From a virus, in IMG/VR virus record IMGVR_UViG_3300031251_000007, positions 23,782 to 87,781 of that record: a DNA stretch of 64,000 bases. The stretch is one strand, 5' to 3'. Below the pieces are notes generated by a model. The model was not told where the DNA came from. It saw only the letters and a program-made list of their open reading frames with translations, and made no database searches. Below, in pieces: positions 46,048-54,775 of this stretch (its first letter is position 1; every line of letters begins with the position of its first letter). Made by a program: the position numbers and the translations under genes.

Positions 46048-46247
46048 CACTTCTTCGGCGGATCCTTTTCGGCGGCGGCGCGGGCCGCCTCCTTGTCCGC
46101 GACGGCCTTCGCTTGCGCGTCGCCCCTCGCGTCACGGAAGCGTGCCGTGCCGCGCGAGACGAGGCGCTCGGCTTCGGTATCGTCGAAGCCCGCGGTCTCG
46201 CCTGGATTGTACGGCGGGCAACTCTTGATGAACTCGACGAGGCGCAT
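46047..46247 (-). CDS. Small head-region protein
   Basis: VEFIK..PPYNPGETAGF....AERLV..G.A. Confidence 0.65.
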   Translation of the reverse strand: MRLVEFIKSCPPYNPGETAGFDDTEAERLVSRGTARFRDARGDAQAKAVADKEAARAAAEKDPPKK

Positions 46248-46250
46248 GGC

Positions 46251-46730
46251 TTAGGAGGCCGGGAGTTGGTCGAAGCCGGCGACCACCAGGATCGCGTTGA
46301 GTGCGACGGTGTCGGTGCCGGTGGCGCTCAGATCGGCGGTCACTGTCGGCCGCACGTACCGGCGGGCACCGATGATCGGCAGCTTGTACGGCGTCACGCC
46401 GGTCACGGTGGCGCCGCCGCCGCCGCCGGACGCGACGATCGCGCTGGCGAGCGCCGTGCCGAAATCGGCCGGCGTGCCGTTGAACGCCGAGACCGTGTCG
46501 TCCTGCAGCTTCGCCGCAATCGAGAGCGACTTGTTGGCGGCCAGGGTGGTGGTCCACTGGATCAGCAGTACCGCCGAGCGCGGGCGTGAGTTGCCCCACT
46601 GCCAGAGATCGATGACGGCGCCATTGACCGCCACGTTGTCGTTGCCGGCGCCGGCGGTGATCGTCGCCTGCGCGAGCGCGTAGGCACCCTTCAAGTAGGC
46701 GCCGATGTCCTGAAACAGGCTGTCGCTCAT
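46251..46730 (-). CDS. Head decoration-like protein
   Basis: NGAVID, LQD and ARRYVR. Directly after the capsid gene. Confidence 0.65.
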   Translation of the reverse strand: MSDSLFQDIGAYLKGAYALAQATITAGAGNDNVAVNGAVIDLWQWGNSRPRSAVLLIQWTTTLAANKSLSIAAKLQDDTVSAFNGTPADFGTALASAIVASGGGGGATVTGVTPYKLPIIGARRYVRPTVTADLSATGTDTVALNAILVVAGFDQLPAS

Positions 46731-46770
46731 AGTTCGGGTCTCCCCTTGCAAGTCCGTTGGTGCGCGGCGC

Positions 46771-47967
46771 TTAGGCCCAGGTAACGCCCGTCAAAATCGC
46801 CACACTGGCATCGTGGCGCATGCCGAAGTCGTGTTCGGTGATGGCGCGGATCAGCGTCTGGTCGCGCTGCGCGGCGCTCACCAAGCTGCCGGTCGACGGA
46901 TCGGTGTAGGACGCCTGATCGAACGCCTTGATTTCGAGGCGCATCGTGTCGCCGTAGATCGCGTCGGCGAAGTCCACGAGGTAGACCTCGGAATCCGACC
47001 CGGAGCCGAGGTTGGTCGGCACCAAGGTCGTCGCCTTGTATGGGAAGCCCCAGAGCGTCCCATTCAGCATCTCGGCGCGGAAGACATAGTTGCCGTTCCC
47101 GTCGCGGATCGACATGAGGAACTGCTCGATGCGCGGCGCCATGATCCAGCCGGGCTTCAGCATCTTCACGTTCGCGACCTTGAGCGCGAGGATGAGCTTG
47201 CTGAGGTCGGTTGTGACCGTGGCGAGCGCCTGACCCGCCGTGGCCGGGATGACGTTGGCCGCCGGCGCCCAGTAGCGCAGGCCGCGCGGCGCGTACTGCG
47301 TGCCCGCCCCGCGGATCAGGGCGCCGTCCTGCGTCTGCGCGATGCCTGACGCGAGGTCGTCGCGGATCATCGTGTCGTCGAGCGCCGAGGCGCGGCGCAG
47401 GAAGTCGTTGCTGATCGGCGTCTCGGCGGCGCACTTCTTCGCCGAGAGCGTCAGGTCACCTGTCACCGCCTGCGTGACCGGAATGTCCTGATTCTCGCCA
47501 ACGTACGCGCCGGTGGCGCCGCCGACGATCTTCGGGATCGTGACGTTGCCGCCGCTCAGGTCCGCGATCCGGGGGCCGAAGTTCAGCACCACCGTCATCG
47601 GCCGCAGGAACTCGATGACCTCCTGCGAGAACACCGTCGGCAGCATCGCGCCGCCGGCGCCGAAGTCCGTCGCGGCCAGCGCCTTGGTGGCCAGCGCGTC
47701 GGCGCCGTAGGCCTTGGTCGCGAAGTCGACGGCTTTGCCCTGATCGTTGTGGCCGCTTGCGATCGCGCGGATGATGCGCGCGACGGTCACGCCCTTGCTG
47801 GCGCTCGCCGCCGCGGTCGCAGCCGGATCGAGGAAGGCCGGCGCCGGCTGTCGCGTCTTCAGCTCATCGATCTGCCGCTGAAAGCCGCTGAGCTTTTCGG
47901 TGAACTCCGCGCCCAAGACCTCGCGCATCAGCGCCTTGACTTGGTCGACCGTCAGGGTGTTCGACAT
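46771..47967 (-). CDS. Major capsid protein, HK97 fold
   Basis: GGAMLP.VF..EVIEFL, AYVGE, LIRGAG, WIM.P, D.NG.Y.F and HDFGMRH. Confidence 0.95.
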   Translation of the reverse strand: MSNTLTVDQVKALMREVLGAEFTEKLSGFQRQIDELKTRQPAPAFLDPAATAAASASKGVTVARIIRAIASGHNDQGKAVDFATKAYGADALATKALAATDFGAGGAMLPTVFSQEVIEFLRPMTVVLNFGPRIADLSGGNVTIPKIVGGATGAYVGENQDIPVTQAVTGDLTLSAKKCAAETPISNDFLRRASALDDTMIRDDLASGIAQTQDGALIRGAGTQYAPRGLRYWAPAANVIPATAGQALATVTTDLSKLILALKVANVKMLKPGWIMAPRIEQFLMSIRDGNGNYVFRAEMLNGTLWGFPYKATTLVPTNLGSGSDSEVYLVDFADAIYGDTMRLEIKAFDQASYTDPSTGSLVSAAQRDQTLIRAITEHDFGMRHDASVAILTGVTWA

Positions 47968-47989
47968 GGTTCCTCTCCTCCCGCGGCGT

Positions 47990-49252
47990 TCAGCCGAGGT
48001 GACCGGTTGCAGATGTGAGCGCCGCTTGGAGCGGCCCAAATGTCTCGTCGCTGAGCTCGGAAGCCGCTTGGCGTAGAATCGCCGGATCGACGCTGAAGCC
48101 CGACTCTTCGGCGGCCGCTGGGGGCGTGGCGCCGGCGCGCTTGAACGCAGTCGCCAGCGTGTCGACGCCTTGCTCGCTCGAGAAGAAGCGCGCGACGGCC
48201 TGGTCGAGATTCGCCGAGGCAGTTACTTCCGCGGCAGGCGTCTCAGTCGCTGCAGCGGGTTCAGCGCCAGCCTGGGCCGCACTGTCGCCGGCCGCAGCGC
48301 CCTCGGCGCCGCCAGAAGCACCCTCCGTCGCGCCGGCGGCGTCAGTTTGAGGCGTCGCGCCTTCGGTACTGGAACCTTCGCCACCAGCAGCAGCGCCAGC
48401 ATCGCCGGCCGCCGCACCATCAGCGTCGCGCGTGACCAGCGAGCGCAGCACCGTGCCGTCGGCGGCGAGCAGCTGCACGTCGCCGGTCAACACCGTGCGG
48501 ATGTCTTCAGCGTCGATACCCTTCAGCGCCAATGCCGGAATGCTGATCGTCTTGCCGGCAGCGAAGAGCTTGTAGACCGCCTCGGCCTGCGCCTTCGGCA
48601 CCCAGAGGCCCGCGCCTTCGCAGCCGGCGAGCACGGTCTCGGCCCATTCCTTGACGCCGGCCAGTTCGATGCCCGCGGCCTTCGCCTCGCTGAGCGCGTC
48701 GGCGTGCATGCCGATGACGCAGATCGACCATTCGAGCAGCAGCTGGATCAGCCAGTCGACGCCGCCCTGTTCGTTGAACGCGTACTTCTTCGGCTTGAAG
48801 CCGACCGACGCGGCGCGGATGAATCGCAGCGGGTGCAGCACGAGCTGCGCGATCGTGTTCGCGAACGGGTTGACGTCTTTCGGCTGGAAGACGACGACGC
48901 TTTCCATCGTCTCGCCGATGAGCGTGATCTCCTGCGAGAGCCCGAGCGTGGTGAGTCCGATGCCGGTGGGACCGGTGACCGGCGTGCCGTAGTAGTCGTG
49001 CGACCAGAGAACTTGCGGGTTCTTCTGGTAGTCGGCGAGCTCGAACCCACCCATCGCAATCGTATCTTCGTCGCGGTCGGGCGTGCTTGCGGAGATGACG
49101 AAGCGCGCGCGCAGTAGGCCGTCAGCGTTGTCGTCGAGCTTGGTGACGTCAGCGAAAGGAAGGCCCTTACGGAGCAGGCACTCGGTCGGCGCCTCGCCCT
49201 TCTTGGCCTTCGCTTTCCACTCGTCTAGCCCGATGACTGGCGGCTTCGGCAT
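47990..49252 (-). CDS. HK97-type prohead protease with scaffold-like tail
   Basis: DRDEDTI, YQKNP.VLWSHD, SVGF and LLEWSIC. Ala/Glu-rich C-terminus. Confidence 0.88.
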   Translation of the reverse strand: MPKPPVIGLDEWKAKAKKGEAPTECLLRKGLPFADVTKLDDNADGLLRARFVISASTPDRDEDTIAMGGFELADYQKNPQVLWSHDYYGTPVTGPTGIGLTTLGLSQEITLIGETMESVVVFQPKDVNPFANTIAQLVLHPLRFIRAASVGFKPKKYAFNEQGGVDWLIQLLLEWSICVIGMHADALSEAKAAGIELAGVKEWAETVLAGCEGAGLWVPKAQAEAVYKLFAAGKTISIPALALKGIDAEDIRTVLTGDVQLLAADGTVLRSLVTRDADGAAAGDAGAAAGGEGSSTEGATPQTDAAGATEGASGGAEGAAAGDSAAQAGAEPAAATETPAAEVTASANLDQAVARFFSSEQGVDTLATAFKRAGATPPAAAEESGFSVDPAILRQAASELSDETFGPLQAALTSATGHLG

Positions 49253-49275
49253 CGCTGCTCCACCGCCCGGGCTCC

Positions 49276-49320
49276 AAAAAGAAAAAGGCCGGCCCGGGCA
49301 TTCATCCCGGACCGGCCTTT
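49276..49320 (-). terminator. Rho-independent terminator
   Basis: On the - strand: GGCCGGTCCGGG-atgaatg-CCCGGGCCGGCC followed by TTTTTCTTTTT. Confidence 0.8.
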
Positions 49321-49363
49321 CGGCTTAGGGTCCAAATATTGAGTTCGTAGCGCTCCTACGAGT

Positions 49364-49795
49364 TCACTCGGGAGAAGTCAAGCTGCTCGTTGTTTCTCCG
49401 TGATCATCTCGAAGCTTCACGATGACTGGAATGCGATCGATGTCGACGCTGTCGACAATGAAGGTGAAATAATAAAGACCAGCCGCACTAACGCGTAGGC
49501 CGCTGAAGCGGATGTTAACCGGCACCACGAAGAGGCCGTATGTTTCGCTCCGTTCGACTGCGTGAACTTTTCCAACGATATTGTGACGGAACGAATTGTC
49601 TGCCGAGTGTATCGCAACCGACAGATCGTGTTCCCCGGACGCTTCCACTCCAACAACCGCGAACAGTCTGAAGTCCGGAAAGGGGTGATTGAACGTCGGA
49701 AGCGTCACCTGATCGAAAATTCCCATCAAGCTCTGCTTGCCGTCGGTTTCGGTCCGAACGTCGTCGCAGAGCACCCCAAGCAGAAGTCTTGGCAT
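49364..49795 (-). CDS. DUF6941-like protein
   Basis: LCDDVRTE.DGK.SLMGIFD...G.Y.F...VD. Lower GC than its flanks. Confidence 0.7.
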   Translation of the reverse strand: MPRLLLGVLCDDVRTETDGKQSLMGIFDQVTLPTFNHPFPDFRLFAVVGVEASGEHDLSVAIHSADNSFRHNIVGKVHAVERSETYGLFVVPVNIRFSGLRVSAAGLYYFTFIVDSVDIDRIPVIVKLRDDHGETTSSLTSPE

Positions 49796-49806
49796 GGAGT
49801 CGTCTT

Positions 49807-50148
49807 TCAGGGAGTCGCCGTCACGCTCTGCTGCAGGACGTCCGGTATGTCCATCGGCGCGGGAAACGTAGAACTCGTGTGCGTATCGGTAGTATCGTCT
49901 GCCGATGCCCCAAGCTCATCAGCGCTGGGCATGACCACGACCAGGGCGCCGGGCGAGCGGGGCGGCTCAAGACCTTCGTCGGCGAGGTATTCAAGCCAGC
50001 ATTCGACTGCGACTCGACATTCGGCAAGGGCTTCTTCCTGCGTTGCCCCCAAACCAGTCAAATCTGTAAACTCCAACGAACGCGCCACGTACTGCCGGTC
50101 GCGCTTCGACCACCAGATATGGAACGAGCAGTGGAACGTTTCCATCAT
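49807..50148 (-). CDS. hicB: HicB-family antitoxin
   Basis: WSKRDRQYVA...EF..L...GATQEEAL...WLE.L..EG..PP. Confidence 0.85.
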   Translation of the reverse strand: MMETFHCSFHIWWSKRDRQYVARSLEFTDLTGLGATQEEALAECRVAVECWLEYLADEGLEPPRSPGALVVVMPSADELGASADDTTDTHTSSTFPAPMDIPDVLQQSVTATP

Positions 50149-50429
50149 GTGCCCTCGTCTCCGTCCAGGATCTTCAGCGCTTTCGCCATCTCAAGCAACT
50201 GCCTGACCTGGTAGCCGTTCGCCTTGCCATTCTTGCCACACTGGAAGTTCATCGGCCTAGGAAACTGCGCCGCTACCGTCGCTGCTCGGGGGTGCTTATA
50301 GAGCTTATGACTTCCCTTCTGCCGTGCAAAGACGAAGCCTAGCTGCTGAGCCAGCCTACAGAGGTCGTCGAACCAAACGTCGTCCGTGTTCTGCTGAATG
50401 CGCCCTAGAAGCTTGCGGTCAACGGCCAT
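50145..50429 (-). CDS. hicA: HicA-family toxin
   Basis: FDDL..L...LGF..RQKGSH..YKHP and GKA..YQVRQ. Confidence 0.85.
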   Translation of the reverse strand: MAVDRKLLGRIQQNTDDVWFDDLCRLAQQLGFVFARQKGSHKLYKHPRAATVAAQFPRPMNFQCGKNGKANGYQVRQLLEMAKALKILDGDEGT

Positions 50430-50439
50430 TCAGTCGTCC

Positions 50440-50469
50440 ATTTTAGCGCCGCAAGACGTGTGGCGTCTA
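50440..50469 (-). promoter_or_regulatory. Putative hicAB promoter
   Basis: TAGACG-18 nt-TAAAAT, 10 nt before the hicA ATG. Confidence 0.45.
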
Positions 50470-50477
50470 TGGGTGGA

Positions 50478-50711
50478 CTACGACACGCCGCCCTCGACCA
50501 CGCGCGGCGCCTGGCACACGATCAGCCTTGCCTGCACGCGGCCGCGTTGCACATGAAACTCCAGCGACCCGAGCTCTAGCTGCCGCAATCCGACTTGCTG
50601 CTCGGCGAGCAGCTCGGCCATCACCGCCGCCAGCCCTGTTAGGATCACAGTCCGCCCATCGCGCGTTCTCAGCGTCGCACCCGCCAGCGCCGTTCTCCCC
50701 GCCTCCACCAC
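50478..50711 (-). CDS. Small hypothetical protein
   Basis: SD GAGGAG before GTG. GSLEFHVQRG. Confidence 0.5.
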   Translation of the reverse strand: MVEAGRTALAGATLRTRDGRTVILTGLAAVMAELLAEQQVGLRQLELGSLEFHVQRGRVQARLIVCQAPRVVEGGVS

Positions 50712-50890
50712 TCACTCCTCCTCGTCGAGCACAAACTCCAAGCGCACCGCCACGCGACGTAGCTGCTGCCGCCGTTCACGCAGCGCGCCGCGCACCATCG
50801 GCCGCCGTGCAACAGACGCCTCGCGTCGTGCCGGTGCGCGCTCCACCGTGCCGACCGACGTCGTGATGATGTAGGTTCGCCCGATTGGCA

Positions 50891-51190
50891 TTACCCCGCC
50901 CGCTTGATCACGAGATACTTCTTCATCAACGCCGCGGCGCCGTCTTGCAGACACGCGGCCAGCTTCACCTTCGCCAGATCCGCCACCAGCTCGGCGGTCG
51001 ATGGCACCGGCATCGCCTGCACGTCAACGTCGGGCTGCAAGATCAGCACTTCAACGCCGTGCTCGTCGCGCAACCGCTTCGACGTTTCGAGGATGTCCAT
51101 CGTCGGCATCGTGCCGCGCAGCAGCACGACGTGCGGCGCGAGCGCTTTGGCCTGCTCGATGGCGGCAAGGAGTGCGGGATGCGCGAACAT
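50891..51190 (-). CDS. Hypothetical protein
   Basis: Coupled ORF in the late operon. Confidence 0.55.
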   Translation of the reverse strand: MFAHPALLAAIEQAKALAPHVVLLRGTMPTMDILETSKRLRDEHGVEVLILQPDVDVQAMPVPSTAELVADLAKVKLAACLQDGAAALMKKYLVIKRAG

Positions 51191-51474
51191 CAGGCAGCCG
51201 GGAATAGGAACTGATTGAGCGGCACGATCGCCATGCCTGGTTTCGTTGGGTCATACGTGACTGCGATACCGAGCCGCTCGGCGAGCATTTCGCACTGCCC
51301 CTGATCTGCGGCGCGAGCCAGCGTCTTGACTGCGAGATGCCTGAGGAAGACCTGATGCGCGGCGGCGTGCTCGGCGCAGTACGCATCGCCGTCGATGTGC
51401 TCGACTACTGGCTTCGCGCAGCGCACGAGGCGCGCGCCCGAGACCGTCGCCTTGTAGCAGGGCTCGCTCGTCAT
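51190..51474 (-). CDS. Hypothetical protein (C...C...CxxH)
   Basis: ATGA overlap with the portal stop. Confidence 0.5.
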   Translation of the reverse strand: MTSEPCYKATVSGARLVRCAKPVVEHIDGDAYCAEHAAAHQVFLRHLAVKTLARAADQGQCEMLAERLGIAVTYDPTKPGMAIVPLNQFLFPAA

Positions 51475-53801
51475 CCGATCACCAACCCTTCCGCACACCG
51501 GCACTTCACATGAATCGGCGGGTCCTCGATCTTCTCGCCGTCGGGCGTGACGAACGCATCGTGCAGGCCAACTTGCTGCCCTTCCATCTTCAGGCAGGTC
51601 GAATCGCACCGGTCGTCGTGCGTGACGATCAACATGCGCTTGGTGCGCGACGGATCGAGGTGGCCTTTCTGCTCGGCCTGATTCCAGAGCTGCCGCTGCC
51701 CCTGATTGCTCGCCGTCAGTAGCTCGTGGGATGCGATGGTCTGCGCCCGATACCGCAGCTTCTGCGCAGCCGCCTTGGTGAGCATCTTCGAGAGCGTGTC
51801 GCCGCTGACACCGTCCGCCACCAACTCGGCGCGTAGGGTCTCCAGCGCCGCCACCTGTCGGCTGTGCAAGCCGATCGAGTCGCGCACCATCTTCGCCAGC
51901 TCGGCCGGCGCGATCTGATCGGCATACCCGCTCGCGATCAGCTCGCGAATCGCACTGCGCGTCGAGTCGGAAATCTCGGTGATGTACCGCGCCGCGTTCG
52001 CCTGCGCCCAGCTTTCCGCCGCTGGGTTGGTGCGATCGAAGGCGAGCGTGACGCCGAGTGCGCCGGACAGCTCAGAGGCTGACGCGTCGCCGGCGGCGTC
52101 GAGTGCGGCGCGGATGATCTGGGTGCCACCGTTCAGCTCGGCTTCGAGACGCGACCACGGGATCGCTGAATAGGCGCCATGAACCTGGCCTGACGCGAGC
52201 GCGTTCTCCAGATCGGAGAGCAGCGTCGCGTCCTGGATCTTGCCAATCGCCTGCAGGAACTGTCGGCGGAGCTTCGGCTCGAGCTTATCGGCGACGCGGT
52301 GGACCAACGTGTAATAATCGTCATCGAGCGCGATCGCCTTCAGGTTGGCGCTGGCGCGGAAGATCGACGGGCGGGCGATGGCGGGCGCGACCTTGCTGAT
52401 TGTCTTCGCTTCGTCGGTGGCGGTGGCGTCGCTGCCGTCGCCCGCGCTGACACTCGGCGCGACGCTGACGTCGTCGGCGAGGTCTTCGACGTAGGACATG
52501 CCGATCGGCACCATGTGGCCCTTGCCCGACTTCTCATCCGGTGGCAGGCCCTGCAGCTCACGCCACTCGTTGATCGTGCGCGACCACGGCGCGGCGGTGG
52601 CCGCCTCGAGCTGCCGGTCGCGATCCTCGCCGACCGGCGAGACATAGGCGACCACGATCCGGTCGTCGTACTCCGGCGCCAACCGCTCCTGATAGTGCTC
52701 GCGCAGGAACTCGCAGCGCGGCACGACCAGATCCTTGGCGAAGATCAGGTCTGCGCCTTCGATCGTTGATCGGTTGCTGTTCTCCAGCACGCCGAGCTTC
52801 TCCGGTGGAATGCCGTAGACCTGAATGATCGTGTCGCGCTCGAACTGCCGCAGCGGCACGAGCTGCAGCTCTTGAAACGTCTGCGAGATCTGATCGACCT
52901 GCACGGCACGCGAGAGGATGTGCAGGTTGTTCCCCTGGCGAAACAACCCACGGAGCTTCTGCGTCCACTTCTGCTCGAGCGTCTTCGCCGCCGTCTCGTC
53001 GATGGTCGCCTTCGTGTCCTTCGGTGAGATCAGGACGTCTGGCAGCGCGCGGTTCCACATGCGCGCCTTGGTCATCTTCGCCGCGTACTCGTCGGTCTCC
53101 AGTTCATCGGCAAGAGCTTGCGCCACACCCGTCCCGCGGCCGTACGGATTGAGCGGGTCGGCGCGCTTCAGCCACAATACGTCCGCATCATCGACGGAAT
53201 CGGTCCAGGTGTTCACCTGCAGCTTGAACTTCAGCGTCGACGGCGTCGGCGTCTCCTGTACCCAGTGCGGCGGCATCGGCCAGAGCCCCACCGGCACGCC
53301 GGCGACGTTGCGCTGCTTAATGAAGAATCCCTCGCCGACCAGATCGAGGTACAAGACGGTCAGCGCGCGCACCGTGCCGCCGGTCATCATGTCGTTGCCG
53401 CCGTGGAGCAGCTCGTAGAGCGGGTGGTCCGTCAGCTCGACGAGGTCGCCCGCCGCCTTGTGGCGTGCGAGCATCTTCTGGCGGGTGCGGAAGTCCGCGC
53501 GCTGCAAGATGGGATCGCGCACGAACTTCCCCGCCTTGCCCTTTACCGCGAGCACCTGCCACTCGACGGCCGCGACACCGCCGGCAACGCGATCGGAGAC
53601 GGCGCGGAGCCACGGCATCGTCGAATACGCGCGCAGGTAGTCTTGCCGGCCGCGCGGCGGAGGATCGCCTCGGTACGGCATGATGCCGCCGAGGAGTCCC
53701 GCCACGATGGGCGATGATTCCGTCGGAAGGTTGCCGACGCGCTGCCCCTGTTGCGGCTTCTCGCCCTTGCGGCTGAAGAGGCGGGTGAAGACGTTAGACA
53801 T
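51471..53801 (-). CDS. Portal protein fused to MuF/gp7 head-morphogenesis domain
   Basis: Portal motifs (LDLVGEGF, YGIPP.KLG, TINEWR..GLPP) are in frame with MuF motifs (RAQTIASHE, DDRC...C, PPIHVKCRC). Confidence 0.88.
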   Translation of the reverse strand: MSNVFTRLFSRKGEKPQQGQRVGNLPTESSPIVAGLLGGIMPYRGDPPPRGRQDYLRAYSTMPWLRAVSDRVAGGVAAVEWQVLAVKGKAGKFVRDPILQRADFRTRQKMLARHKAAGDLVELTDHPLYELLHGGNDMMTGGTVRALTVLYLDLVGEGFFIKQRNVAGVPVGLWPMPPHWVQETPTPSTLKFKLQVNTWTDSVDDADVLWLKRADPLNPYGRGTGVAQALADELETDEYAAKMTKARMWNRALPDVLISPKDTKATIDETAAKTLEQKWTQKLRGLFRQGNNLHILSRAVQVDQISQTFQELQLVPLRQFERDTIIQVYGIPPEKLGVLENSNRSTIEGADLIFAKDLVVPRCEFLREHYQERLAPEYDDRIVVAYVSPVGEDRDRQLEAATAAPWSRTINEWRELQGLPPDEKSGKGHMVPIGMSYVEDLADDVSVAPSVSAGDGSDATATDEAKTISKVAPAIARPSIFRASANLKAIALDDDYYTLVHRVADKLEPKLRRQFLQAIGKIQDATLLSDLENALASGQVHGAYSAIPWSRLEAELNGGTQIIRAALDAAGDASASELSGALGVTLAFDRTNPAAESWAQANAARYITEISDSTRSAIRELIASGYADQIAPAELAKMVRDSIGLHSRQVAALETLRAELVADGVSGDTLSKMLTKAAAQKLRYRAQTIASHELLTASNQGQRQLWNQAEQKGHLDPSRTKRMLIVTHDDRCDSTCLKMEGQQVGLHDAFVTPDGEKIEDPPIHVKCRCAEGLVIG

Positions 53802-53963
53802 GCGACCCCCGAGAGTGCGGCTGTGGGGGCCCGGGCGGTGTGTAGCACGACGTTGGGGCGGTGACGATGTGCACGTTGGCGCACTGCTTCGACATCGCCT
53901 CAACGGCGGCCCACACCTCTTCGTTCACAGGCTTCGCCTCTTCGATGATGACGACTGGAGCCT

Positions 53964-54374
53964 TCATTCCGCGACCCTCAGCGGTGCACACTCGCGCTCG
54001 CGCAGGGGATCGAGACCGCGCGACGTGATCACCCAGGAGGATCGCACGGTCGGGTGCCAGTCATGGCAGGCCTGGCGGGTCGTCCTGACGGCAACGCGCG
54101 CTCCCAGCGGAAACCACCGCGGCTTCGGGCAGCCAGCATTGTCTGTCACGCCCTCGCCACAGCGCGAGCATAGCTGCTCTTCGTCACAACGGGTCGGCGC
54201 CGAACCTGCCACATGGACGACGGCGCGCGCATCGACGCTCGGCTTGGGCTTCGGGCGTGTGCGCCGCGGTACGGCGCTTACGCCGCGCACGCTTGCGCGG
54301 CCAGCCCAGAGGCCGATGGAAAGGCAGACTGTGCCGAGTGAGGCGACGCCCACTAGCTCGGCGGCGCTGCTCAT
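53964..54374 (-). CDS. Hypothetical TM/Cys protein
   Basis: ATGA overlap, N-terminal TM and CSRCG. Confidence 0.45.
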   Translation of the reverse strand: MSSAAELVGVASLGTVCLSIGLWAGRASVRGVSAVPRRTRPKPKPSVDARAVVHVAGSAPTRCDEEQLCSRCGEGVTDNAGCPKPRWFPLGARVAVRTTRQACHDWHPTVRSSWVITSRGLDPLRERECAPLRVAE

Positions 54375-54775
54375 CGCAGCACCTTGGCGAACGCCGCCCG
54401 GTGCTTGCGCACGAAGGCTTCAACCTGCGCGTGACTCAACGCGCAGAACAGCTCCCACGCGCGCCGATTCAGATCAGCGGAAACAACAGCGCAAGTGACA
54501 GCATCGGCTACTTCGGCAGGCAGGCGAATCTCGCCGGCGTGCGCCATGACGACATCCTCCCCGGCTCCGGCAACGAATCGCCCGAACTTCTCTCGCTGCT
54601 CGTCAAGCACGCGCTCCAGGCCTTTGGCGTCGACCACCTGCACGACCGGCGCGAAAGAGAACGTTGCCTCTTGCTGACGCGGCGGCATGCCGGCAGGCAC
54701 ATCCGGCAACAGCCAGAGCGAGAGCCCAACGAACGCGACTATGCCGATCGCGATGAACACCATCGTCCACATCAC
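54371..54775 (-). CDS. Hypothetical membrane-anchored protein
   Basis: N-terminal TM. Directly after terL. Confidence 0.55.
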   Translation of the reverse strand: MMWTMVFIAIGIVAFVGLSLWLLPDVPAGMPPRQQEATFSFAPVVQVVDAKGLERVLDEQREKFGRFVAGAGEDVVMAHAGEIRLPAEVADAVTCAVVSADLNRRAWELFCALSHAQVEAFVRKHRAAFAKVLR

